Below, piece by piece: positions 16,104 through 31,781 of a DNA stretch of 64,000 nt. The stretch's first letter is position 1. Every line of letters starts with the position of its first letter. A program made the translations under genes and the position numbers. Under the pieces are notes generated by a model. The model did no database searches. It was not told where the DNA came from and saw only the letters and a program-made list of their open reading frames with translations. The stretch is from the human T2T-CHM13v2.0 reference genome, Homo sapiens. The DNA lies in assembly GCF_009914755.1 (NCBI RefSeq), contig NC_060942.1, one strand, 5' to 3'.

Positions 16104-16985
16104 GAGCAAAAAACAACCCCATTAAAAATGGCCAAAAGACATAAATAAACACTTAAAAGAAAACATAGAAGTGGCCAAAAAACATGAAGAAATACTCCAC
16201 ATCACTAATCATCAGAGAAATGCAAATCAAAACCATAATGAGATACCATCCCACACCAGTCAGAATACTTATTGTTAAAAAATCAAAAAACAGGTGATGT
16301 TGGTGAGGTGGCACAAAAAAAAGAAACACTTATACACTATTGGTGGGAATGTAAATTAGTTCAGCCACTTGGAAAGCTCCAAGTGGAAAGCAGCTTGGAG
16401 ATTTCTCAAAGAAATTAGAACACAACTACCATTCAACCCAGCAATCTCTTTACTGGGTTTATATTCAAAAGAAAATAAAATGTTCTACCAAGAAGACACA
16501 TGCATTCATATGTTCATTGCAGCACTATTCATAATAGCAAAGATATGGAATCAATCTAGGTGCCCATCAATGGTGGGTTGGATAAAGAAAATGTGGTACA
16601 TATACACTATGGAATACTACACAGCCATAAAAATGAATGAAATCACATCTCTTGCAGCAACATGGATGCAGGTGGAGGCCACTATCCTAAGCAAATTAAC
16701 TCAGGAACAGAAAACCCAATACTGCATGTTCTCACTTATATGTGGAAACTAAACACTGGGTACTCATGGTCATAAATATAGGAATGATAAACACCAGGGA
16801 CTACTGTGAGGGCAGGCAAGGGAGAAAAGCTAACTATTGGATACTATGCTCAGTACCTGGGTGACAGGATCAATCATACCTCAAATCTCAGCATCACACA
16901 ATATGCCTATGTAACAAATTTGTACATGTGCCCCCTGAATCTCAAATAAAAGTGTTTTTAATAATAAGAAATAAATAATATAAAA
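16104..16985 (+). mobile_element. L1PB3/PB4-like 3' segment (ORF2 C-terminus, 3'UTR, A tail)
   Basis: ORF 16369-16752 gives the L1 ORF2 C-terminus (WRFLKE..MFIAALF..WIKKMWYIYTMEYY); 3'UTR ACCTGGGTGACAGGATCAATCATACC..CTCAGCATCACACAATAT; A-rich tail. Confidence 0.92.
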
Positions 16986-17188
16986 GCCATTCATGTCTTC
17001 CAAAATTACTATTCACTGTGCTATGCTAGTCACTGTATAAGGGGCTGCAATCCATTAGAACAAGTGAGATGGAGAAGCACATTATGCTAGGGGCGGGAAT
17101 TGTGTGTTAAGCCTGGGGAAAGTGAAAAAGAGAATTAGAAGACGAGCCTTGCATTGGATATCCTATTTTTTTAAAGTATATATAATAG

Positions 17189-17551
<363 letters not shown>

Positions 17552-17918
17552 TAATTTTAGCATAATCATTACCACTATCTAGTCCCAAAACAATTTTATC
17601 ACCCCCTCCTAAAATGCATAGGCACTAGCTGTCACTCCTCATTCTGCACACCCCATACCACTCACTAATCTGTGTCTGTTTCTATGTCTTTACCTATTGT
17701 GGACATTTCATACTTGCTATACTCTATCTTTTTTTATGCTAGCAATTCTAGTGGGTCTGAAATGGTATCTCACTGTGTTTTTGATTTGCATTTCCCTAAT
17801 GATTCATGGTATTGAGCATCTTTTCTTTTCCTGTGCTTGTTGGCCATTTTATATCTTCTTTGGAGAAATGTCTGTTCAAATCCTTTGCTCATTTTTAATT
17901 GGATTATCTATACATATA

Positions 17919-18208
<290 letters not shown>

Positions 18209-20063
18209 GATTATCTGTTATTTTCATGTTTGAGTGTGAGAGTTTTTTTATATACACAAGTCCCTTATTAGATACATGATTTGCAGATATTTTGTCACAT
18301 TCTTTGGGTTGTCTTTTCATTTTCTTGATGGTGTCATTTGAAGCCAAAAATTTTTATTTTAATGATGTTCCATTGATCTATTTTTTTTTCTTCTATTGGG
18401 TATGCTTCTGGTGTGATAGCTAAGAACCTATTGACTAGTCCATGTTTACAAAGATTTATGCCTATGTTTACTTTTAAGGGTTTTACAGTTTTAGGCCTTA
18501 CATTTAGGTCTATTATGCATTTCAGGTTAATTTTTGTGTATGGTGGGAGATGCAGATAGTGGTACAACTTAATTCTTTTGTATTTTTTGAGCTTTCTTGA
18601 AAATCAATTTACCCTAAATATGTGGGTTTATTTCTGGACTCTCAATTGTGTTGCAATTATCTATAAGTCTATCTATCTTTGTGCCAATATCTCATATCTC
18701 GATTACTGTAACTTTACAGTAAGTTTGAAATTGAGAAGTATGAGTCCTCTAATTTTGTCGTTCTTCTTTGAGATTGTTTTGGTTATTCTGGGTTCTGTGG
18801 ATTTCCACATGAATTTTAGGACCATCTTGTCTATTTCTTCAAGAAGGCAATTGGAATTTTGTTTGGGATTGCATTAAATTTGTAGGTCATTTGGGAGATT
18901 ATTGACATCAATATTAAGCCTACCAATTCATAAACATGTGATTTCTTTCCATTTATTTCAGTATTGTTAAATGCCTTCAGATTATGTCTTATAGTTTTCA
19001 GTATTCAAGTCTTGCACTTTGTTAGTTAAATGTATTCCTTTTGATGCTATGGTAAATGGAATTGATTTCTTAATTTCACTTTTGATTTGCTTTTTTGCTA
19101 GTATATAGAAATACAGTTAAATTTTGTGTATTGAGTTTGTATCCTGCAGCCTTGCTGAATATATTTTATTGGTTCTAATAGATTTTCTCATGGATTCTTT
19201 AGGATTTTCAATATACAAGTTCACGTCATCTGTGAATAGAGATAGTTTTCCAATCTTGAGGCTTAGTTCTCTTTCTCATCTTCTCTCCCTGGCTGGAACT
19301 TAAGTACAACTTTGAATAGAAGGGGTGAGAGTGGACATTCCTATCTTGTTCCTAATCTGGGGATGGGGGACAGCATTCAGTCTTTCATAATTATGATGTT
19401 AGCTGTGCGTTTTATCAAGTTGAGTAAGTTTACTTTTATTCTCAATTGGTTAATGCTTTTAATGTGAAAGGCTGTTGGATTTTTAAAAGTGCTTTTACAT
19501 CCATTGAGATGATCATGTGTTTTTTGTCTTTTATTCTATTAATATGATGCATTACACTGATTAATTTTGTATTTTGAACCAACCTGTATTACTAGAATAA
19601 ATCCCACTTGGTGATGTTGCATAATCCTTTTTATATATTGCTATATTAAACTTGCTAGTATTTTGTTAAGGATTTCTGCATCTATTTTCATAAGCTATAT
19701 TGTCTACAGTTTCCTTTATTATGTATGTGTCTGAACATCAGGGTTAAAACTGGGATCCCGTCATGAATTGGGAAGTTTCACTCCTATTTTTTGGAAAAGT
19801 TTGTTAAGGATTGGTGTTTTAAACATTTGATAAAATTCTTCTTTAAACATTTGATAAAATTCAACAATGAAGACATCTGGCCTGGCATTTTCTTTATGGA
19901 CGATTTTTCATTACTAATTTAATCTTTTTTCTTGTTATAGGTATATTCAGATGTGTTTCTTCTTGGGTCAGTTTCGGTAGATTTTGTGTTTAGAGGAATT
20001 TTTCCATTTCATATTGGTTGTTTAATTTACTGGCATACTCTTGCTCATAGTATTCCCTTATAG

Positions 20064-20364
<301 letters not shown>

Positions 20365-22334
20365 TATAGCCGTTTTTTATTTCTGTAAGGTTGGCAGTAA
20401 CATTCCCTCTTTCACTCCTGCTTTTAGTAATTTGAGTCTTCTCTCTCATTTTCTGTTACTCTAGCTAAAAGTTTGTCAATTTTGTTAAGTTTTCCAAAGA
20501 ATCAACTTTTGGCTTCATTTTATTGTTTTTCTAGTCTCAATTTCATTCATCTCCACTCTAATCTTTATGTTTCCCTCCTTTCCGCTTGCTTTGGGTTTAG
20601 TTTTCTCTTCTTTTTCTCGTTTTTAAGGTAGAAGTTTCACTTAAAGATTTGAAATCTCTCCTCTTTTTTAATATAGTCCTTTGCAGCTATAAATCTACCT
20701 CTTAGCACTGTTTTCACTGCATTCCATAAACGTTGGTATGCTGTTTTCATTTTCATCCATCTCAAAGTATTTTCTCATTTCCCTTATGATTTCTTCTTTG
20801 ACCTATTATTATTAGAATTTTGTTATTTAATTTCCACATATTAGTAAATTTTCTAAATTTCCTTCTATTAAAAGACCTAATTTCATTCCACTGCAATTAG
20901 AAAACATACTTTATTATTTCAATATTTTAAATTTATTGAGACTGGTTGAACAGCCTACCATATTGTCTACCCTTGAGAATGTTTCACTTGACAAAAATGT
21001 GAATTTTGCTATAGTTGGGTGGAGTGTTCCACAAATGTCTGCATAGGCTAGTTGGTTTATACTGTTTTCAAGTCTTCTATTTCCTTGTTGATCTTATCCC
21101 TAATCATTCTATCAAGTATTGAAAATGAAATATTAGAGTTTTGGAGTATTAATGTTGAATCATCTATTTCTCCCTTCAATTCTGTCCGTTTTTGCTTCAT
21201 CTGTTTTGGGGGCTCCCTTGTTAGGTGTGTGCATGTTTATAAATGTTACATATTCCTGATGAATTGACTCATTATTTTAAAACCTCCTCCTTTTTCTCTA
21301 GTAAAACTTGTCTTAAAGTATGTTTTGTCTGATATTAGCTCCACTCTGGCTCTCTCTTTAGTACTGTTTTATGGCATATATTTTCTAGCCTTTTACTTCC
21401 AACCTGTTTGTGATTTTATTCTAAAGCATATCTCTTGTAGACAGCATATAGTTGTATCAGGTGTTTTTTATTTCCATTTTGCCAACCACTGTCTTTTGAT
21501 TGGAATACTTATTTCATTTACATTTAATGTAATTATTATAAAATAGGATTTATGCCTGCCATTGGGCTATTTGCTTTCTGTATATCTTATGTCTTTTTGT
21601 TCTTCTACTACAGACTTCTTTAAATTAAATAGATATTTTCTAGTATAGCATCTTTATTCCCTTATTGCTTCTTTTCCTACATGCTTTTGAATTATTTTCT
21701 TAGTGGTTGCTCTGGGGATTACAGTTAATGTTATAACTTGCTACTATCTAGCTCAGATTAATACCAATTTAATTTCAATAGTATCCAAAATTTGCTCCAA
21801 TATAGCTCCACTATCTTTCTCCTTATTTCTCATTATGATTTCAAACAAATTATATCCTTGTACCTTATAAGCACATTCACACAGTTTTAAAATTATTGCT
21901 TTATACAGTTATCTTTTAAATTAGATAGGAGTAAAAAGAGTTACAAAAACTATATTTATACCACCTTTTACAGTTACCTATGTGTTTATCTTTACCAGTG
22001 CTTTTTATTTCTTTATGTAGACTTCAGTCTCTCTCTAGTGCCCTTCAATTCCAATCAAAAGAATTCCTTTTAAGTATTCTGTGTAGAACACACCTACTAG
22101 TGAACAAATTCTCTCATTTTTGTTTTTTTGGGCATGTCTTAATTTCTCATTTTTGTTTAAAATATAGTCTTGCTGAATATGGAATTTTTAGTTGACAGTT
22201 TTTTCCAGTACTTATATATATAATCCCATTGCTTTTTGGTTTCTATGGTTTCTTATAAGAAGTCACTTATAAACTTTCATGTGGTGAATAACTTCTCTCT
22301 GGCTGCATTTAAGATTCATTCTTTGTCTTTGTTT

Positions 22335-23265
22335 TTGTTTCTGGTAAAATATACATAACATAAAATTTATCATTTAACCATTTTAAGTGTACAATTCTGT
22401 GGCATTCACATTAAGCACACATGTATTTCAAATTAAGTAAATTCACATGGCTGTTCAGTCATCACTACCATCTGATGTGATTTGCATATTCATCCTCTCC
22501 AAATCTCATGTTGAAATGATATAATTTCCCTTGTTGGAGGTAGGGTCTGGTGGGAGGTATTTGGGTTGTGGGGTGGATCCTTCATGAATGGCTTGGTGCC
22601 CTCCACATAGTAATAAGTGAGTTCTGTAGTTCATGCAAGAGATAATCGTTTAAAGGAGACTGGCACCTCTCTTCCTCTCTCTGGCTCCCTTTCTTGCCAT
22701 GTGACATACCAGCTCCCCTTCCCTTCTGCTATGAGTAAAAGTTTCCTGAGCCCTCACTAGGAGCTGAGCAGGTTCCATACTTGTACAGCCTACAGACCTG
22801 TGAGACAAATACACCTCTTTTCTTTATAAATTACCCAGTCTCAGGTATTCCTTTACAGTAATGCAAAATGGACTAACACACAATCCATCCCCAGAAATTT
22901 TTCATCCTCCCAAACTAAAATTCAGCACCTATTAAACAATTACTCCCAAATCTCCCATCTTCCCAATGCCTGGAAACCTGAATTCTACTCTTTGTCTCTA
23001 TACATTTGGCTGTTTTAGGTGCCTCATATAAGTGGAATTATACAACATCTGTCTTTTTGTGCCTGGCTTATTTCATTAAGGAAAATATCTTCAAGATTCA
23101 TTACGCTATGGTATGTGTGAGAATTTTCATCCTTTCTTAGCTAAATAATATTCCATGGTATGGATATACCACATTTTGTTTGTCTATTCATCTGCCAATG
23201 GACATTTGAGAAATTTACACCTTTTGGCTATTGTGAAGAACGCTGATATATGAGCATTGATGTCC
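22335..23265 (-). mobile_element. L1MB-like 3' end nested in the older L1
   Basis: GGTAAAATATACATAACATAAAATTTATCATTTAACCATTTTAAGTGTACA 3'UTR end; host L1 resumes at ~23270. Confidence 0.75.
22473..22880 (+). mobile_element. MaLR solo LTR, MSTB-like, nested in L1MB
   Basis: TG...CCAAATCTCATGTTGAAATG...AAATTACCCAGTCTCAGGTATT...GGACTAACACA; TSD CCATC/CAATC. Confidence 0.9.
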
Positions 23266-23350
23266 TATTTATGGCTTCTGAGAGCTTGATTATGATGTGT
23301 CTACATGTAGATCTCTTTGGATTTATTCTATTGGGAATTCTTTAAGATTC

Positions 23351-23644
<294 letters not shown>

Positions 23645-24182
23645 GGAATTCATTAAGATTCTTGAATGTGTAGATTGATTTTTTAAATCAAATTTGTGTA
23701 GTTTTCAGTTTATTTCTTTAAATATTCTTTCTTCTCCTTTTGTCTCTCCTCTCCTTCTGTGACTTCCATTTTACCTGTATTGGTACACTTGATGATGTCC
23801 TATAGGTATACGAGACTGTTTATTTTCCTTCATTCTTTTTTCCTTTTATTTTTCAAACTAGGTAATCTCAAATGACCTGTCTTAAAGTTCACTGATTCTT
23901 TCTTTTACGAGCTCAAATCTCCTTTGAATATGATGATAATTTTTCATATTTTGATTATTTTCATTTTCAACTCCAGGATTTCTACTTAGTTCTTTTTAAA
24001 TAATTTTCTTCTCTTTATTGATATTGTCTATTTGGTGAAACCATTCTCATACATATCTTTAATTATTTGAACGTAGTTTCTTTTAGTTTTTGAGCCTATT
24101 TATAGCACCTAATTTAAAGTCTTTGTCTAGTAAGTCTGTTGTCTATGCTTCCTCAGGGAAAGTTTGTATTTACTGTGTTCCC

Positions 24183-24317
24183 CTAGTGTGTCCAAGGCAT
24201 GAACCAGGCATGGGCACAGACAAAAGGCCAAGCTGAAATAAACAAGGGGTTGCTTTGTCCCTGGCTGATATGAGATGAATGTCACAGCCAGATGCCACTC
24301 TACCCAGGTCAGAGGCA
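24183..24317 (-). pseudogene. SNORA48: H/ACA snoRNA SNORA48 (ACA48) retrocopy
   Basis: Minus strand reads TGCCTCTGACCTGGGTAGAGTGGCATCTGG...CATCTCATATCAGCCAGGGACAAAGCAAC...GTGCCCATGCCTGGTTCATGCCTTGGACACACTAG, closely matching recalled SNORA48; H box AAAGCA at 24256-24251 and ACA box at 24189-24187; interrupts the L1 5' region. Confidence 0.85.
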
Positions 24318-24498
24318 TTGACTGCTTTTCTACCTGTGTATGAGTCATACATTCCAATTTTTGTCTGTTTCATTTTGTTGTTGTTGAAAACTGGGCATTT
24401 AAAATAATAGAATGTGGCAACTATGGATATCAGATTACCCACCCTTCCCCAGGTTTTCTTGTTGCAGGTATTGTTGTTTGTTTGCCTAGTTACTTTCC

Positions 24499-24989
<491 letters not shown>

Positions 24990-25021
24990 AAGCTTTTTAT
25001 TTTTTGTATCTCTAAAAATGT

Positions 25022-25348
<327 letters not shown>

Positions 25349-25356
25349 TTAATTAA

Positions 25357-25681
<325 letters not shown>

Positions 25682-25795
25682 TAAATTTTATTTTTTTAAT
25701 AGAAAAATAATTATACATATTCATGGGGGTACATAGTGATGTTTTCATATGTATATAACGTGATAACGTGTAGTAATCAGATCAGGATAATTATC
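25682..25795 (-). mobile_element. L1MA 3'-end fragment
   Basis: AATAATTATACATATTCATGGGGGTACATAGTGATGTTTT..GATCAGGATAATT. Confidence 0.7.
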
Positions 25796-27745
25796 CTTTT
25801 AAGCTTTTTTGTCAGCATCTTGTTAGTCCTAACTGCTAACATTGCCACAGGAATCTCCAATATTAAACAATTGTTGCTGATTGTTTTCTGCAAATTACCT
25901 AGAGGTAGAACTGTTCACAGAGATGGAACTCGGAGTCAGGTGAAATAAAGGCAAGTCTTGAAAAACTGAGTTTTTCAGTGACTTTCTAGACAGGTCAAAT
26001 AGTGACAGTTCTCTAGGGATGGGGCTTTAGGGGAACTCCAGCCCTGATCTGTCTCCTCTAGTGGCTGCTGGTTTTCAAGAGGGGCATGGGATTAGGGCAA
26101 GTAAAGATGCCACAAACCTGTTCTGACGAGATTCTGCTGTTTTTCTTGAATAAACCCTCCTCAGATTGTTGCAAGCCTTTAGTTAATTTCCAGAATTCCA
26201 ACAAAATTGATTTTGGCAATTCTTGGTAGTGTTTTTATTTCTTTTATAGGAGAGTAGATATACAAAAGGCTTTGCTGTTCTGGAAAACTGAATCTTGCAA
26301 TGCAAGTAAAAGTCAAGCATGCAGAGAAGGCAATAAAGAGCATCCCAGGAAGTGGGGCTAGCAGAGGAGAGGTAGAAGCCTCAGAGAGGGTGGCTCATGA
26401 AGTGTGGCTCAGTGTGGCTGAGACGGAGGGTTCCCTTGGGAATGCACACAGAAGATAAAGATGGGGATTTAAGCAGTGACAAAACCCAAGGGGCCTTTAT
26501 TCCAGGTTATTTTTCTCTGGCTTTTAACATTTAAGATTTTAGATTATAATAGGGAAAATCTGTGGTTCCAGGATAGTTCTTTCATTTGTCACCTATTTGC
26601 CTCCAGTTGCATCACACCACCTAGCTCCTGGGCTCTGTAGATCACAATCTGCCACCCATCCTCTCTTCTCCTCCCCAGGAATGAGAAAACACCAGCAGAA
26701 CTGGGCCCACTGCCTCATGCTGACTGCTGGGAAGAATCTGGCACTTAGCCCTTGCCTCAGAATGTCCTTTCCTCCCTAAAGCCCATAGAATCAGAATGCA
26801 CTTTCTCGGGGTGAATGTACAGATGATTTGTTAGGTAAATTGGCAGAAACCTTAAGATTACAAGCAGAAAGATAGAGGGTCATCAGACTGTGCTTGCAGA
26901 GCTGGAAGAAGCTGTCTTCCACATTACAGGTTTTCCCCTCCTATTTTCCCTTACGCTAACCCTGAAAACCTTCTTAATTTGGTAGCATGCCCAACCCACA
27001 ATCTGCCTTTCACCCTTACAGATTTATGGCAAGCTGTATTTCACCTAAGAAATGTAAGCTGTGAAGAGATTATTGTGTGGGGATCCGATCTGGTCCAAAT
27101 CCTTCTGATCCACCACTATGGACAAGTTGCTCCTAACCTTCCTCTCTGTTATCTCGTCTCCTCTTCTGTCAGATGACAATGATAATCCCCACCCCTTGCT
27201 GACCTAATACAGTCTAATACAGACTTTAGGAAAGTGACTTGAAATCAGAAAACTGTAAGCTCCTTGACAAAAAGTTCCCACTTAAAGACAGGCTTTCTCC
27301 TTATCCTTACAAGCATGATTTCCGGCTTAACACGGATTTACAAATACCATGAGTTCCAGTTCTGAACTGTGTAGCTCTGCCCTTGAACATCCACAGGGGA
27401 AGAAATGCTTATTATTGTCGGGATTTCAGTCCAGATGAGAGAGTGCTAACTGCAGCAAGTGAGAAGGGCGGCGAGTGGGGAGGAGACCACGGGCCTGCTC
27501 CCAGCTGCACCCCTCACTCATCCCAAACATACCAGGCATTGTGTTCCAAACCAGATTCTGCCCATTAGATCCATGTGGGAGAAGGGAGCTCTGCTTTTTT
27601 TTTTTTTTCGTTTAAACATAAGTAGTTTCACAAATAAAGTTCTTGCTTAAACTTTATTTAGCTATCATCCAAGTAAGCTTTCTGGGAAAAACACCCATGA
27701 GCCCTGCTGCTGCAAGCCCCTCATGCCTCTGTGTGGGGTGAGTGA

Positions 27746-28061
<316 letters not shown>

Positions 28062-28069
28062 AGGTCTGA

Positions 28070-28800
28070 GTTTTACATTGTGCCCAGGTAGTGATGTGGA
28101 GGAGATTTGAGGGGAGCAGGCCCCACACCAGGGAGTTCACACGGGATGCTGTTAGATCCACCTGGCTGGGAGTATAGGAACAGAGGGAAGGGACAAACTC
28201 CAAAATCTTTAGGAGATTCAGTCAACCAATTTCATGACTTCTGGGTTGGGACAGAGTGGGAGAGGAAAGAGCTGGGATAGGCCTCGGGTTCTGGTTTGAG
28301 TCCCATCCACCAAAACAATGAATGAGCCGGAGAAGGAAGAGGACCTTGGTTTAGAACGTGTCAAAGCTGGGTGTTTCTGGGATGGTCAAGCGACTGGATT
28401 CCATAGGCAGATGGACATAGAAAGGGTTAAAGGCTGTTTTTGTTGTTTTGCTTTATTTTTTAGAATAATCATCATTGTAACACCAATCCTTATTAATTCA
28501 GGTCATCTTCACAACAAGATACAGATTCTATTATCCTGCTGATAGGCTGTGGGAAAACTGCTGGTAGAGAGGAAGAAGCTGGCAATGGGCGTGCCAGCTG
28601 ATGATGAGTGGAACAAAGTCCACGAGGAGTGGGAGGTGGAAGCTCGGACGGAGCAGGTGGCAAAGGGGAACTCATCCACTGAGACATTAGGAAAGAAGAC
28701 GTCAGTGTGTTCACATGCGGGGCCTAACCTGGTGGTTGGATGTTCTTGTCAAAAGAGGAATAATGAAGTGGATGGGCTTGGGCAGGGGCCTTGAGGGCAA
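28070..28800 (-). mobile_element. Degenerate L2 fragments
   Basis: L2-like purine-rich blocks such as AACTCATCCACTGAGACA. Confidence 0.45.
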
Positions 28801-29109
28801 CAGTGAGGTGTGGGCAGCCTCTGAAGGCAGTGATTGAGGGGCCAGGCAGGAGCCCGTGCATTTGCTGTGGCTGTTTTATGCTGCAGACTGGGAGGGAGGA
28901 GAGCAGAGATGGCTGGCCGCCTAGCCCAGCTCCACCCACCCTCTTTCTTTCCTTCTGTTTGGAGAGGCGATGTGACCAGCCCAAACTTCTACGTGTCTCA
29001 GCCTCTCTTGCATCCAGGGAAGGCCTGTGTCAGAGTTCTGGCCAATGGGGTGGACACAGAAGTCCTTAGCTTGTCTTTCCAGAAAAGATTTTCTTTTAAA
29101 TTGGTTTGT

Positions 29110-29422
29110 GTTTTGTTTGTGGGAATGCTCAGCTGGCACATGCCCTTTGCCCTTTACCCTTCCTTCCCCTTTCCTGCCTGGAATGCAGATGCAGTGCTGG
29201 AGGTGAAGCAGCCACATGGTGACCAGGAGGCAACAAGCATGAAGACAAAAGCCACATGCTAACAAAGACTGAATGAAGAGAAAGAGCCTGTTGGGAGCAT
29301 TCTATGTATACTTGTTAGCCCTGTAGATTTCTTTTATGGGGGAATAAAATAAAACCTCCATTTAATGAAGCCACTGATGTCAGCTTTTATTACACACAGC
29401 CAATTGTAGGGTCAACTGATAT
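29110..29422 (+). mobile_element. Old MaLR LTR (MLT1J/K-like)
   Basis: TTCCTGCCTGGAATGCAGATG..TGCTGGAGGTGAAGCAGCCA..GTGACCAGGAGGCAACAAGCATGA motif. Confidence 0.7.
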
Positions 29423-29654
29423 GGAAGGGAAAACAGATTGTGGTGATGCTCTAGGACTAGGGGTCTGCAAGACAGGGCAAAAGGGGGTGGAGTGTCTTGG
29501 TGAAATAGAGGATTTATAATCAACTGTGGGGCCTAGACAGATTAGGGAAGAACAAGAGGCCTACAGAAAGCTAGGAAGCTGGAGGCATGGGGGTAAACTG
29601 CACATAGGAGTCTGTAAGCTTATTGTGGGAAGATCTGGGTGCTACGAGAGGGCA

Positions 29655-29681
29655 GGAACTTGGAACTTGGAACTTGGAACT
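29655..29681. repeat. (GGAACTT)n x~4
   Basis: Read directly. Confidence 0.85.
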
Positions 29682-31203
29682 GGCTGTTGATTCTGGTGTG
29701 GCCTATGACAGGTGTGACAAGACCTAGGATGGATGCAAGAGACATGCAGGTCACTGTGAAGCCATGGAAGCCAGAACTTACTCCAAGCAGGGCTCACAAT
29801 GGGCAACCTTCTTGCGGATGCCTGAGACAGCTCAGTCAAGGTCAAAGCCAATTGCCCCTCCTTTCAAACCATGGCGGGCTTGTCGTAACTTCCTCAGTCC
29901 CACTGGGTGTCCTTTGGCTCTGTTCTTAGCCTGGCTTACCCTTCTCTTCTCTCCCCATCAAAGATAATTCCCACGGCAAGAGCATTAGTGGATATTTTTC
30001 AGAAACTGGCAAGGCTCTGTCAGTAATGTTTCCCTAGGACTGCAAATTTAAGCCAGTCTCCAAAACTCAGTAACCTGGTAGTAAATCATTATACTCTATT
30101 TTCCAAAGAAAATGTCACTTCTAGGATGGATATCCACTTTTGGCTCTTCATAAAATGACCAATGACCCCATAATAAGACAGCCACTATAGAAACCAAGCC
30201 AAATCTGGATGAGTAACAGAGGGAGATATTAGTGGAGTGTGTACATTAAGGGCCTGGCTGTGCCCACTCTTGCCCACAGCCCCTAATCAGCCAGTTGGCC
30301 CCTGAGAGCACCTAGGCCCTGCGCTGGTTTGATGGAAGCACTCCTACTCTCTCGTCCTCTGTGCCATTAGTCCTCTCCTTGTTTCTAACTTGTAACCAAA
30401 ACAGTAACGTCCTCACAGCAGCTCCCTGTGTTCCTGCCAGCAAGGGCTCTACGGCAGTCTCGAGAATCTTCTGAAATCTCTCTTCAGACCCATTAGCTGG
30501 AGAGTGATAAAGCTCCAAGCTGTAAGACTGGGTGATTTGTTACCCGAGAAACATTTCATTTTAATTCTTTAAGAAATTGCTCAGAGTGATTCTTGGGGAA
30601 AAAGAAAAAAACAAAAAAATCCCATAGTTGAATCTTTTCATAGTCAAAACCACTTGCTGTTAAAATCATTGACTACATTTTTTCTGGAATGCTTGACTGA
30701 TTACACTTGCCCTTCTCCAGAAATATTGACGGTTTCTCAGGCTATGTTGGTTCCCCAAGCACACATAACACAATCCTTGGCAAAATCACTAAAGGAATCA
30801 TTTATATGGGCTAGAAGACTGCAGCTCTGCCTGGAGAATTGCATTATTTCTTATCTCAACTATAGTGCTGTCACCCTCCAAGGGGGCCTGCTGCACGTCT
30901 CCCTGGAGACCCCCACCGCAGGGCCAGAAGCTGCTGGCTGCAGCTGCCTCCTGCCAAGGGCTGTGTATTAGGCATGAGACAGGGGAGTAGAGGTCCTGGT
31001 CACTCCTTTCGCTCCAGAGGGTGGTTCCACGCTGTCCCAGGGACACTGGAGGCCGCATGGGCTTCGATAGGATACTGAGCGACAAAGAAATGGTTCAGAG
31101 TGCCGGTTCAGGACCGGGACATGCCTGGCCTTGCCTAGTTAGCCAGCATCTGCCTAACCCTCACTTCCTCATCTAGAATATTGTTCCCCACCTCATTTGA
31201 TTC

Positions 31204-31763
31204 TTTTTTTTTTTAATTATACTTTAAGTTTTAGGGTACATGTGCACATTGTGCAGGTTAGTTACACATGTATACATGTGCCATGCTGGTGCGCTGCACC
31301 CACTAACTCGTCATCTGGCATTAGGTATATCTCCCGATGCTATCCCTCCCCGCTCCCCCCACCCCACCACAGTCCCCAGAGTGTGATATTCCCCTTCCTG
31401 TGTCCATGTGATCTCATTGTTCAATTCCCACCTATGAGTGAGAATATGCGGTGTTTGGTTTTTTGTTCTTGCGATAGTTTACTGAGAATGATGATTTCCA
31501 ATTTCATCCATGTCCCTACAAAGGACATGAACTCATCATTTTTTATGGCTGCATAGTATTCCATGGTGTATATGTGTCACATTTTCTTAATCCAGTCTAT
31601 CATTGTTGGACATTTGGGTTGGTTCCAAGTCTTTGCTATTGTGAATAATGCCGCAATAAACATACGTGTGCATGTGTCTTTATAGCAGCATGATTTATAG
31701 TCATTTGGGTATATACCCAGTAATGGGATGGCTGGGTCAAATGGTATTTCTAGTTCTAGATCC
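31204..31763 (-). mobile_element. 5'-truncated young L1 (L1PA2-type)
   Basis: Near-consensus L1 3'UTR and ORF2 end; GAG (not ACA/ACG) and AACTTAAAGT diagnostics exclude L1HS Ta/pre-Ta; TSD TTTGATTCTTT (31196-31206, 31764-31774). Confidence 0.95.
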
Positions 31764-31781
31764 TTTGATTCTTTAGGGGAC

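Noticed and set aside
19818-19862. 21-bp direct repeat TTTAAACATTTGATAAAATTC
   Set aside because: A simple local tandem duplication (period 24) inside old L1, with no inserted element between the copies.
28549-28794. Protein-like acidic ORF (ADDEWNKVHEEWEVE)
   Set aside because: It lies in purine-rich antisense L2-like sequence, with no ATG start or supporting splice sites.
31204-31763. Active L1HS-Ta insertion
   Set aside because: It carries GAG rather than ACA/ACG and A rather than G near the tail, and it is only ~560 bp.
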